Shown: in pieces, positions 49,025 to 61,564 of the stretch
Layout of the letters: the number at the start of each line of letters is the position of its first letter
Position numbering within the stretch: position 1 is the first letter of the stretch
NCBI RefSeq assembly: GCF_026210795.1
Contig: NC_089434.1
Location: 4,216,001-4,280,000 of the forward strand
Length of the DNA stretch: 64,000 nt
Direction: 5' to 3'
Origin: Rhizophagus irregularis
Taxonomy: Eukaryota
Made by a program: the position numbers and the translations under genes
Notes under the pieces: generated by a model
Seen by the model: only the letters and a program-made list of their open reading frames with translations
The model's database searches: none
Told to the model about the DNA's origin: nothing

Positions 49025-50260
49025 GCGGTTCTCTTTGGGATTCTGGTGGGTAATTTTTTTTTCATTAATTACTTTATCTTAGCGAACTCTACTAACGGTT
49101 CGTTTTTATCTTTTAGATTTTGCCGATCCTCTCTGATAATGGATGTGAGCGTCTATTTTTTTCATTTTTTATTTCTTCGTATTCGTTATTAACTTTTGAC
49201 TTTCTTTTTTTTAGATTTTGGCTTCTTTTTAGGTTTCGATGACTCCATCAGTGTTATCTTTCTTTTTTAGGTATTGCCGATTTGCTGGGTGAGTGTACAA
49301 TTTTATTTTCATTTTATCTATTTGTCTTCACTACTAACAATCAATCTTTCTTTTTTTATGTTTCAATGTCTCTTTTGTGGAAATAAAGGTGGGTTCTTTT
49401 ATTGTTTGTTTTTTTTTTGTCGTCTTTGGTACTAAACTACTAAACTTTCTTTTTTAGGTTTTGTCTTCATTTCACCCTTCAAACGCGTGGGATTTTGGTG
49501 AGAATCGGACAATGTTTATGTTTCTTTATATTTCTTTAACGAAAAGTATACTAACGTTTCAATTTTTTCTTTTTTTAGAAGACCGAGTCTTTGGACGTGT
49601 AAGAATTCGGTAGGGTGGAGATTTTTTTTTTTTTGAACTATTCTTTGAGAAACGTTTATTAACGTTTCTTTCTCCTTTTAGGTGACATATTCTTCGAACT
49701 TCTGGATGTGGATTTCGGTGGGCATTTTATTTATTTTAATGAAACGTTTTCTAACGTTTCAATTTTTTCTTCTTATAGATGGTTCTTTTGGTCTCTCCGG
49801 TCGCGGCATATCGGTAAGTTTGTTATTTTTTTTTCTTGATTTTTATTTTGACGAACATTTTCTAACTGTTTTTAGACGGTTCTTAAATTCTTTGGACGCG
49901 GGACTTCGGTGGGAGTTTTTTTTTTGTTTTATTCCATCTTTTATTTCGTCTTTTAAAAACGGTCGATAATTTCTTTTTTTTTCTTTTTTTTTAGGCGGAT
50001 CAGACACGGATCTTGGTGAGAAATCGACCCTCAGTGTTAAATGCGCGCGTGAGATAGGTAAGTTCAGAAAAAAAGGAATTCGAAACTTAGAAAAAGGTTT
50101 TTTTTTTAATTTTTTCCTTTTTTTTGTAGTGAAATTGCTTGGAAACCAAAATCCCAAGTATAGTTTCGAAAAAAGGAATTCAGAACTTTAGAAAAAAAAA
50201 ATTTTTTTTTTTCTATTTTTTAGTATAGATTAATATCGATACAAAATAAAATTAATATAG
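49025..50260 (+). ncRNA. Candidate multi-micro-exon non-coding transcript
   Basis: About 11 exons of 18-63 nt separated by ~60-90-nt GT..(ctaac)..polyY-AG introns. Several exons share a tctttggacgYgggatttcg-like 3' motif. The spliced core has stops in all three frames. No expression evidence is available. Confidence 0.55.
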
Positions 50261-52344
50261 ATTTAGATAGTTGATACAATGCTATCGGATCAAGTTTATC
50301 AACACTTTTCTTAAATTCTTGTACAAATGGCATCGTCTTTTTATTATACAATGAAGCTGTAATATAACTTTGATATTACTTTAAATAAAAAATATTTTTA
50401 CATTAAATAAACTACATTTTTACATTGTATTTGTTACATATAAACTTGTTGGACTATCTAAATTATTCACAGTATTTTTATATTCGCTCCATATGGATAC
50501 CCTACGTTAAACATAAAATAGCGATACGCCTACTACTTTTTTATTATATATAGCGGCTACATAGCTTCTACACAGTCCCGATTTCGCAGGTTTCAGCAAA
50601 TGTTACTAATTTATCATGACTCCAGCGATAAAATTATGATATCATCAATAAAAAAATCGTACGGACGGAGACGTGCTACAGTTACGTACATATATGATGG
50701 TAATGGTAGCAGGTCATAATTTATAGGAGTAAATCCATCTCGACTTCCTTTTAATAATAATGGAAAATTTATACGGTAAATATAATTTTCTTAAATGAGT
50801 AAATTTATTATTAACTGCCTTTTTAATCCATCTTGAATTAACTAAAACAATATTTAAATCGAATCAATATTTTCATAATTTTTAATAATAATTATAAGGA
50901 CGAACTTTTTATAAGAATTCTTAGACAATAAACTAAAAAATCTAATGTTGCAAATTATTTTCCATTGTTTAAATCATTATCCGACCAAATATTTGAATCT
51001 GAAATAAGAGTTGGATTTTGCAAAAAACTCGTTTTAATAAATATTCCCAAACTTCGTCCCTTTTAATAAATTGAACTAACTTAACAATAAAATTCATACA
51101 AAATTGTTGGTCCTAATAAATAATTTGATTAAAAAGTGAAAACTTGGTCAAATAAAAAATACACATGTATCTATTTCAGAAAAAAATTAAATTAATTGAA
51201 AATCCGGTTTAAAAAAACTGCAAAAAAATATAAAAGAACCGGAAAAAAGAAAATTTTTAAAAAAAACTCAAAACCGATCGAAACTTAACTTTTTTGGGAC
51301 TGGATTAGTCACATGGATTGGTCATCGGACAATCGGAACATGCACATCACCTCGATAGCCAATCAAACAATTCCAACCATAACCAACACTTAACAAACAC
51401 GTTTCAGTCGTTTCATATTACACAATTCATTTAATATGGAGACAATTTTTTTTTTTATAGATGTGCAATTTATTTATTTTTTTTTAATTTTTTTTTTATT
51501 AACGATTCCTTTATTAATAAAATATATGACAAATTTTAATTTATTTTTAATGCGTTTATATATTCCGTATCACATACAATTCCATAAATTGAAAATATTT
51601 TCAAGGTTCTTTGTCTCGATGTTACAAAATTATTCTTTTTTGATAAATACAAAATCAGGATTTTTTTTTTTTGGCAGATAAAGCAAGTTTTAAATTTTAA
51701 TTGTTTCATTTCAATTATTTTTTCGCATGTAGTAAACCATAAATATATTAACAATCTATATTTATTAGCAACCAAATGGTATAGAGTTGACAATGATTGT
51801 TAACAAATAATAAAGAATCTGAGCGCTAATGCTTTTACATGAACTGCAAAATTCATAAGATATGTGATCATAATCATTTGTATATGCGAGTTATACAAGT
51901 TTTGTCAGTTTTGTCAATCTCAAATTTTGGTTCACACATGGATAAATGTTAGAAATGAGTAAGTCTCGCGTTTTAAGTTCAAGATAATTTTACAAATACT
52001 TTTCATTTTACGTTAATTATCATATGCAGATAAAACAAACAACATGGTTAATTTATTTGTAGCACGAATAAAATGATCGTGGAAGATGTACATATGTTTT
52101 TTGACAAACAAACAATCGTATTAGGAGAACAACATCCGTTGTTTATATTAATTAAATTAATTGACATGATCATCAAAATGTCTTTACTTTTTAGGGTAAA
52201 TTTAATTTTTTTTTAATCTGTTTCCATTTAGGAATTTTGGTATCACACTAATTATTATAAAATAGGGATTTGTACGTCAAATTTAAATTTTTACATATTC
52301 TTCCTCTCTTTCCTTATTTTTTTTTTTAAGTCATATCACAAGTC

Positions 52345-53865
52345 ATGTCAGTAATGTCTTTGCCAATATTACCAATTGAATGTTTCGATAACATACTCTT
52401 TTTTCTTGATAATAAATCTTTATACAAATGTTTATTTGTTAATAGATATTACTGTAAAGCTACTATTCCAATTATTTGGAGAAACCCTTTTATCAAGCAA
52501 TTTTCAATTTCTATTAGCCGTTCATTAATAAAAACATTACTTGCATGTCTTAATGAGGATGAAATTTCTTCGTTAATCCCCTGTGTGATAAAATTTAATA
52601 TTAAGCCTCCTTTATTTGAATATGTAAGATTCATAAAAAAATTAAATCATGATTGTTGCGTAGAACACATTGAACAATTTATCAAATCCTTACCTGAATT
52701 ATTAAGTGGAAATGATTATACCAATTGCAGAGAAAAGTTGATTCATTCTATATATAATATGATTATTCAAAGAAGCTCATTCTTAGAGGAGTTTGAATTA
52801 AATGTAGCCCAGAAAGGTTATGTTGACTTACCAAAACCTTCCATTTTTACAACTTATGAACCTGGATTTAAAAATTTAAGTTCTTTAACTATATTTAGTT
52901 TAGACTTAATAAGTAATGATACAAAACGTAAGAATACCACCAAATTTTTAAATATAATTCCTACATTTTGTAATGGTATTGTTAATATAGAACTATGGAT
53001 TAAATTTCTTAATGGCATATATGTGAAACAATACATGGATATTATTAAATTTCAGCCTTTAAAAAGAATATTTATGTATATCAATAATTGTGAAAAAATT
53101 TCATTTAACTTAGGATTGGAATTTCGATCTGAAACCTTGAAAGAACTAATACTAGATAGTCTTGATTTTAAATATATTGATTTATCGTTTATATCAAAAT
53201 TAAAATGTTTAGAACTTCTTGAGTTTTTATACTGTAAAGGTTTCAATCATTGTGAAGTTCAATCTGAGAGTAAATTACACCTTAAAGAATTCAAACTATG
53301 GTATTGTACTACCGGGACTCCCATGGAAGAAATTATTAGTTATCTTTGTAACGAATCATTATTAAAGCTAGCCTTGAGTTATGTCACTCCGAAAGCTGCT
53401 GAAACAGTAAAAGAATATTGCCCAAATGTTAGTTCTTTGTGCATACAAATATGTTCTGATTCAGTAATTCCATTTATTTGTGAATTACGTTCATTAAAAG
53501 TTCTAAACATTGGATCTGATAATGGAATTGATATGAGTTCATTGGTTAAAAGCTTAGGTAATCATTTAACATCTGTTGAATATTTATTTTTTGATTTTAA
53601 TATTGATTTACCAAGCTTTATATATTTTACTAATTACTGTAAGGCTAATTTAAAAAAATGGATTATTACTTTAGATAATAATTCTTTAAGTAAGGAATAT
53701 TTGTTATATGTAAATAATTTTCAAAAAGTTCATAATTCTTTAAAGGAATTTGGAATTAATAAGTATAGATATAATTGGACCGATGAAGAACTTGAAATTG
53801 TTGATATGTTAAAGAATCAAGGAATTAATGTTGTTACATCTGGTGAATTAGATTTATTTCATTAA
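52345..53865 (+). CDS. F-box domain / LRR protein, 506 aa, single exon
   Basis: LPILPIECFDNILFFLDNKSLYKCLFVNRYYCKATIPIIWRNPF F-box-like start, PLFEY motif, LRR-like repeats. Confidence 0.9.
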   Translation: MSVMSLPILPIECFDNILFFLDNKSLYKCLFVNRYYCKATIPIIWRNPFIKQFSISISRSLIKTLLACLNEDEISSLIPCVIKFNIKPPLFEYVRFIKKLNHDCCVEHIEQFIKSLPELLSGNDYTNCREKLIHSIYNMIIQRSSFLEEFELNVAQKGYVDLPKPSIFTTYEPGFKNLSSLTIFSLDLISNDTKRKNTTKFLNIIPTFCNGIVNIELWIKFLNGIYVKQYMDIIKFQPLKRIFMYINNCEKISFNLGLEFRSETLKELILDSLDFKYIDLSFISKLKCLELLEFLYCKGFNHCEVQSESKLHLKEFKLWYCTTGTPMEEIISYLCNESLLKLALSYVTPKAAETVKEYCPNVSSLCIQICSDSVIPFICELRSLKVLNIGSDNGIDMSSLVKSLGNHLTSVEYLFFDFNIDLPSFIYFTNYCKANLKKWIITLDNNSLSKEYLLYVNNFQKVHNSLKEFGINKYRYNWTDEELEIVDMLKNQGINVVTSGELDLFH

Positions 53866-54397
53866 TATTAGTGTTAAAAATAGTATATTATAAACATTAA
53901 CTGTATATACATGACATTTGACGTATACAGTATATATAAATATATAGTAATGTAACTTTTTTTCATTAAATGTTATTATATTTGAATACTTTTTATATAG
54001 AAAAACGAATAAAAAAATAAAAAATTTTGCATTTCGTCCATATTATGTAACTTTTCAAAATATTACATTTAAAAATGTAATAAATTTAAGTGAGATTCTT
54101 TAAAAGGTTCGTAATTCAGTTAATTATCTCTTCTTGTTTAATGACAATCATAAAAAAATGTATTTTTTTTTTAATGTTTTTTAATAATTACTAAATAATT
54201 TATTTATTATAAAGATTAGTCCTTATAAATTTATTGTTATTTTTATTTATAAAGTTTTCTCATTAATGACTAAAAAATTATATTTTTGGCTTGAGATAAT
54301 CGGGAAAATGTGAAAATTTAAATTAATTTATTTTTCCATAAATTTTATTAATCTAACAATTAATTTAATTTAAGATCGAAAATTCAATTCAAATATA

Positions 54398-56810
54398 TAG
54401 TGGTTAAACAACGATAACCTATTTGTTTTTAAACGCTAATTTTATTCTATGTACTACAATTTTATTTAAAAGGATGTCAGAAACTACTGCCGAAGAACCT
54501 ACCCTATAAAAAGTTGTCCAAACACTGTTCGGTTTTTTGTTCAGAAAATTGACCCGTTCCGAACATTTACTTGAATTTATTGGACAATTATCATGATATT
54601 GTACGTTTTTTATGTGGTCGAAAATTCTCAATCTCTGCATCTTATATTAAATTGTAATAACGTGCGAGTCTTCGGAAAATCGACCCCATTCCGAATATTT
54701 ATCAGACAAACATTTTTTATAGGCAGAAACGTTTTATTAGTGATAATACTGACGCATCAGCTGAAACTCTACTTTCACGCGTAAAAACTAATAAAGGAGG
54801 TCCAAAATTCGACATTAAAGTAAGCTAAATCACACAACACTTTGGTTCTAATGCAATACTTCCTCCTGAGAATTTATGTTCGTATTAATTGTTCTTTATT
54901 AAAAGCATGGATAGTGACAGGAATACCTTTTAATGTTATCGAAAACCATTCATTATGGGTATATTCAAGAACCTGAACCCGAATATGTGGCACTATGTTG
55001 TGGCTATTAAATGAGGAAGTTACACGTATTAACCGAAAATTGAATCTGAATTAAATGCGGCGGATAGTTTAACTTTAAGAAAGGAATTTATAAATGTGAA
55101 TTTTTTTTTGAAAATTATTAATAATTGAAACTTTATCTTATAATTTATTAATCAGCATTGGATGGTTGAATATTTAAACAGAATAATTATTACAATATAA
55201 CAACACCTGAAAGAAAAGAATATTTAGTCGCTTTAAGCAACTATTCTACGGAATCACGTACAGAAAAGTTCCTTACTTCAAAAATTTCTGCAATTATAGA
55301 AAAAATTGGAGTGAATAAATTCGCTGCTGTAGTAACTGATAGTGCCTTTAACTGCCATGTTGTCAGAAAGAAAAAAAAAAATAGAAGAAAAGTAGTCATA
55401 TTTGAGATTAAAGATGCATAGCTCATGCTATTAATTAATGGCAGCAGCAAACGATCTTGTAAAACTTGATAATATTACACATCAAGCTTCTGCAATTCTA
55501 TTCCAAGATTTAAAAATGTGAAAATTAAGATTGAAGGATTACAAACATGGTGTAAAACTAGATAGGGCTCATCATATACAACAACAAACTCAATTTTACG
55601 TCGTCCTGTGTTTGACTGGGTAGGATTTTTTAATAGATATTATGATTATATTATTTATATAATCACTAACAATTAAAACTAACTTGATTATTAATAGATA
55701 TTATTAAAGCATAATAATATTATTTCAAATTCTAAAATTCATTATTTGATGTCAAATTCGTTCAATTTGAGCTTTTATTAAGAATACATTAATATTCTTG
55801 AAGCAAATCAGCTGTTCTAGCTGATTGTTTTGTTCAAATGATTAAATTGGAAGTTGCTATATTTCAACTTCAAATCTTTACGCAATTCAAGTTTTTAATT
55901 ATATTATCTTGAATTTCAACATTCTGCTTACCTTTTATGTTATTGTCTTCATCCTTACTTACTATAAAGGTAAAATATTTAAGTTTGATTATCATTTTAA
56001 AAATTTTATTAAAATTATTGTTTTTAGCTTTAGGTGTTAATGATGATGGATTCAGAAATGCTGCAATTGCTGCTACAACTCCTTGGCAGAATTTAGGTTA
56101 TCCTGAAGAACAATGCAAAAAAACTTCTCAGTCAATTTAGGTGGGTTGATCAAAAATCAAAAACCTCGTGATTTGCCTTATGAAATGGGTATAGATACAC
56201 TTAAACTTTGGTGGAGTTCTATAAGATTTAAAAATAAGCATTATTTGGTATGACTCCTTCACAAGTCAGGTTGTGACCGAAATTTTCCATACCTAAATGG
56301 ATGATTGGAGATAAATGTATAAGTCCTGATGTTAAAAATTTGAAGGTATGTCAAAATTCATTCTTATTTATTTGACAAATATTAAGAATTATTATCTGTT
56401 ATATTAAAATTAAAAGAAATTGCAAGTATTTCTAATGTGGGTGAAATTATCTCTTTAAATGATGAAGAGAAATAGAAATGCAAAGTTGCAAACACATACT
56501 AATTCGGTATTAGAAGTTATCATTGATCTTGATTTGATAATGCAGAAGCTGTAAATCCAGAAAATAATGATACTGATAAAAGTAAATATGGATTTTTAAT
56601 CCTATTGTTTTAGTTAATCAATTTTTAGAAACTAAAATTTAAATAATAAATCATAAAATCTTAGAGTTGCGTCACTCATCTATAGGAGGATATTTGATGT
56701 TTACAGTACCAGCCACAAGTGAAGTGTGATTTGACAAATAATATGGAATAGGCTTATTATTGTTTTGGAACTGTTTGTGAAAACTCTTGGTTATTTACGT
56801 TTAACTAGTA
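54398..56810 (+). mobile_element. Decayed autonomous-type hAT DNA transposon (intron-containing transposase pseudogene, ~54790-56620)
   Basis: LLKAWIVTGIPFNVIEN, ALDG*, IGVNKFAAVVTDSA, RCIAHAIN, GLQTWCKTR*GS, LKLWWSS, TPSQ..GCDRNFS. Imperfect TIRs tagtggttaaacaacgataacc / ggttatttacgtttaactagta. No TSD recovered. Confidence 0.85.
54502..54723. mobile_element. CCCTATAAAA-terminus MITE (third subfamily) nested in the hAT
   Basis: ccctataaaaagttgtcc ... gacaaacattttttatagg, with internal ttcgga/tccgaa motifs. TSD unclear. Confidence 0.6.
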
Positions 56811-56980
56811 TAACCTGTTGCATTACAGTTGATGAATTTAACTTAATATAACAATTAAAATTTTGATTAATATTTAGAGGTAATAATAAAAAAATTCAAC
56901 TTTACTGGAAATAAAATATTTTTTAAAAAAATTAAAACTTTTAGTTTAAAAAAAAATCAATTAAACAAATTTTTTCGGTT

Positions 56981-57011
<31 letters not shown>

Positions 57012-58778
57012 TTAAAATTTCAGAAAAAATTTTGGTTTGTAAGAACTGGAGAAAGATATTTTAGATGATGCAATTGTCCGCAGCATATAACAGGGCTTTT
57101 TATTATTATTTTTTTTTTCATATTCTTAAAAATTAAGAAATTTTTTTTAACACCCCGTCCACAAAAATATCTGACTTAGCCGAAATTGGATAAGCCACAA
57201 ACCTCATGATTTGAGCACATGATAATCATGACATGCTAGCCGACCAAATTATAATAAATGTGAAATAAATTGGTGTATTTCATGTTGCACAATTGAATGG
57301 AATTAAAAGGGGGCTGAATCAATTTATCTTCCCAGCTCAACAGTTGTAAGAATTTTTTATTGACTTTACCAATAAAGTTTAACTTTTCAAGAATAAGAAT
57401 GTTAAATAAAAAGTATTAATGCATAATTTGAATTAATAAGAAAGATTTTTGCATTATAAATGATTCACATTACAAATTCAAGCTTCAGTTGTATATTGTA
57501 TTATGATATTTATTATAGTATAAAGTGTATAATAATGGTCAAATTGCAAATTTAAAACTCAATTTTAGTATAAGTTCTTTGGAGTATAATTCTATTGTCT
57601 CCTTAATTAATGGTATAATTTATGAGAAAATTTATTTTATTTTAAAGACAGTATATTAATTACTCAAAATATGGTCAGGTTTAGTCAATGAAAATAACTT
57701 ACAAATTATTATTGAGAAAATTGATGCATTGTAATTAGATTATAATTTATTTTTTGAATATATATGATATATCATATAATTTGTTAATCCACTCATAATA
57801 AACATAGAAAATAAATTTTCTCATTAGTTATATATATACTGTACATATACTTTACAAGTTTGGTATAATTTAGAATTTAAAAATACCCTGCTAATAAAAG
57901 TGGTATCAGTGATTATTAACATATTAATTGCTTGTCTTTTTCTATAATTCAACTATCTTTATACAAATTTTGGCCAAATACTATGTAGTGATAGGTACTT
58001 TAAAGTTAGTTGGTGTAGAATACTAGTCTGTTATCACATATAATGTATGCTGTGTATATAGTGGATAAGATTCAGGATTATCAATGTAAATATTAAGCCT
58101 ATATTTTAAGCCTTAATTAACACTCATGTTTATTTTGTGGCTGTAATGGTAAAAGGAGTTAGCATAAGCTGAAATCTTGCTTTAAACTTGAAATTTCATC
58201 CAGGTGTTACTTAAAAACAAGTAAACTTCATGTGTTAAAAATTAAATATAAATAGGTTAAGAATTTGTGATAAATCAAATGGTTTTTTCTTTTCCCCTTT
58301 TTCCTTTCCCCTTTTTTGTTCTTTAAAAAGATATCAAATATATCAAATAATCCTATAACCAGTCAAAATATTAAACAATCTAAAATAATATATATCAAAG
58401 CATCTTATGAGTCAAGATATTACCAGTTTCTTAAAATAATATTACTATTATTAAATATGATTATCCTTAACTAGAGTTTATAATTACCATATATTAGTAT
58501 GCTTTAACAGAAGTAGAAACATCAATGAGCTTATTAGCAAGTGCAATAGCATTTAAAGTGAAACAAGTATCAGCTACAGAAGTAATAGTATCAATAGAAT
58601 CATGGGTACAAACTTCAGAAATGGAACATTGGCAGAATCAGGCGTGGCAGTATCATGAGACAACAGAGTAGTAAAAATAAATTACACATACTAATTCCAT
58701 AAATACCTTTACAATAATAACTACTAGTCATTACCAGTATCACAATCACTTATAGTTACCTAGCTTTAATTTTAATTG

Positions 58779-58857
58779 GAAAAATTTGATAAATGATCAT
58801 TTTTCTAGTTTTTATTCTGAAAAAACTCAAACACATGAAAATTTTTTTATAAGAGGG
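58779..58857 (+). mobile_element. Highly decayed family A MITE
   Basis: gataaatgatcatttttctagtttttattctgaaaaaactcaaacacatgaaaatttttttata; the CpG positions of the 3116 copy read TG/CA here. Confidence 0.65.
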
Positions 58858-59774
58858 CTTAACAAACCACTCTTAAAATAAAGCATTATAATTTTTATTA
58901 GAATACACTTAATTTATACATTATGTAAAATTAATTATGCTATAAAGTTTTAGTATACTTTAAATCTAAATAACTGGCTAATTACAAATTAATAGTTTTT
59001 TATTTTGATACCTACTATTTGGAATTTTCTTTTGAAGATAAGCCAAGAAACTTGCTGCACATTATCAATCCCAAACTTATTATCGCAAGGTTTCATTCTA
59101 GAAAGTTACAAATATCTCTAGTTTTGAAGTACTAGTGCAAGCTGGAATTCAATTTTCTGATCTTTATCAAACTATCAGGAAGTAGTAATAGAAGTTGAAG
59201 AAAAAATAATAGAAAGTTTATTCAGAGAATGAAATCATACTTATTCATTTATAATATCAGGAATTGTACAAAAAATGTCCTGGCATGACATGGAGAAAAA
59301 GAACAATGCATGTCATCCTTGATAGAGAGTTCAACTCTAATATATATATCAAATCATATTGGTTACTTAAATCCATTGACCATGTATTATACTTTGGAAA
59401 TATAAAAATAAAAAAGAATGCAAAGTATTCTGGATATTTTTAAGAGAAAAACTGTTTAAAAAACACTAAAATAAGGAACTTAGTTAATTACAAAGTAAAT
59501 ATAGCTTATCCGTCATATTGAATGCCAATGCTAAAGTGGTGCCGCAAATATCGCAAATACATCACCTTCATCATTACCTAAGATACTATAAAAAAGTATT
59601 CCCAATAAGAATTTATTGAAAAGAGAAGTTATTAATTCTATTATCCTTCTATATTAAACAACAAACATATTTTCACATTATTGATCATTCCAAAATGTAT
59701 GATGCATCATCAAATTCATTAATTATGTTTAAAGATAATTACGCATAATTGAGCTCAAAAACATGTTTATAAAT

Positions 59775-60945
59775 AGTACTTCTCAAACTCATTAATTTGA
59801 TATTCAATGAACACATCAAATGTGAATCCCTTTACTCATAATTCCTAAAAAAAAGATGAAAAAAAAGATGACAAAAAAAAAAGATGATCCAAATGTTGAA
59901 CTGGAGAGTTTTACTGTCTTGCCATTTTGAAATGGGCTGAGGGATTTTTATTTTATTCTTGGAAATTGGAATAGAAATAGTTTAAAACATATATAGTATA
60001 TATATATACTTTGTACTCAAAATCAAAATTTCATATAACATTATTATTGTTAGTTTATTACAAAATAGATCATCTGTTCAAAATATTTTATATTTATAAT
60101 AAAGTTACTGATTATCAACATATAAGATTTATATGATTAGAGAAATAATCTTTGAAAATAATTCAACATTCAATGATTATATATATCAAACAATCCTTTT
60201 ATTAATAATTCCAAATATTGTATTGAAAAGTGAGATATACAACCTCTATCTTACTTCAAAATGAATATGAAGAGCGTACTATAAAGTTTCAGAATGCATT
60301 GAAAGAATCATGCTAGATACTGTAATAAAGATTACCCAGACAATCCTTTCAGGATTACCAGCAGATAAATATGGACTGAGAAAATTGTATAATTTTAAGA
60401 CCTGGGAAGTTTCACCAGTTATTTTAAGAAGTAAATTATACTTAAGCACAAAAATAGTTATGCTTAATTAAGTTTAAAGTTAATTATGTAATTAAATTTA
60501 AAAATAATTATGGTAATTATTATGTTAATGTTTAAAACAAATACAAATTTTGTATAATTTATATATATATAAATTTTTATAAAAAAAAATTTATTATTAA
60601 ATAATAATTCATATAAGATATTAGATAAACTTCTCAAACTCTCATTTAATTTGAATCCCTTTACTCTTTATTTACAAATGTTGTATTGGCGAATTCACAG
60701 TTTTGCCATTTCGAAATGGGTTATTCATTTTTGGAATAATATAATAATATTATTACTAAAATAGAATTATTTATGCAGAATATTTTTAAATTTATGATAA
60801 TTTCAAATTTACATTCATATTTCATATAAGATTTATAGGATTTTGAAAATAACATTCATAAATCATATTATTATGAGATTTATAAGATTATTAAGGGAAT
60901 AAGCTTCTGAAATAATTTAACATTCAATGATTATATCAAGCAAAT
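59775..60945 (+). repeat. Diverged direct repeat pair (~59775-60190 and ~60630-60945)
   Basis: Shared cttctcaaactc, gaatccctttactc, caaatgttg..ttgccattt.gaaatggg and aacattcaatgattatat. Confidence 0.7.
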
Positions 60946-61564
60946 TCTCTTTTATTTTTTTCTATATAATTTTAATCATATTATAATTAATTTATCATTT
61001 ATTTTTTCAATATATACGAGGTAAAGTATAAACTTTACTTTTCAATTAAAAGTATAATTTACCTTTATTTAATTAATGCAAAATAATCTTTTAATTTTTA
61101 TTCATTATTAAAAAAAATTAACTTTTTTAATTACAAAATCGAATTGTTTATATAATAGAGATTTTTGAATATGACAAAAAAATTTCTCAGAGTTTCTTAA
61201 TTAAAAAAATCAACTGGACATAAGAAAACTGGACATATTCCTTGATTTAATATAACATATTTATAGAAGTTACTTTAGCATCACAATTTTGATGAAATAT
61301 GGCTTAATACTTTATTCAGGAAAAAGTTTTTAACCATCTTATATATTTTAAAATAGTTTTATTATCTATATCATTATTATTTAACACTAAGAAAATTTTA
61401 TTTATTATTTATATTATTATTATTAATTTTTCTATATTTTTAAAATAACCTCTTTGGAAGTCACATAAATTTCTTTTCATATAAATTATTTATAAATTAA
61501 TGAAAAAAAAAACAAATGGCAGCAGAACAACTACCAGTCTTGCCAATTTGGAATATACTGAAGA

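Noticed and set aside
49682..50157. ORFs 49682-49969 (+) and 49843-50157 (-) as proteins
   Set aside because: They read through intron-like poly-T or poly-A tracts of the micro-exon array, giving poly-F and poly-K artefacts.
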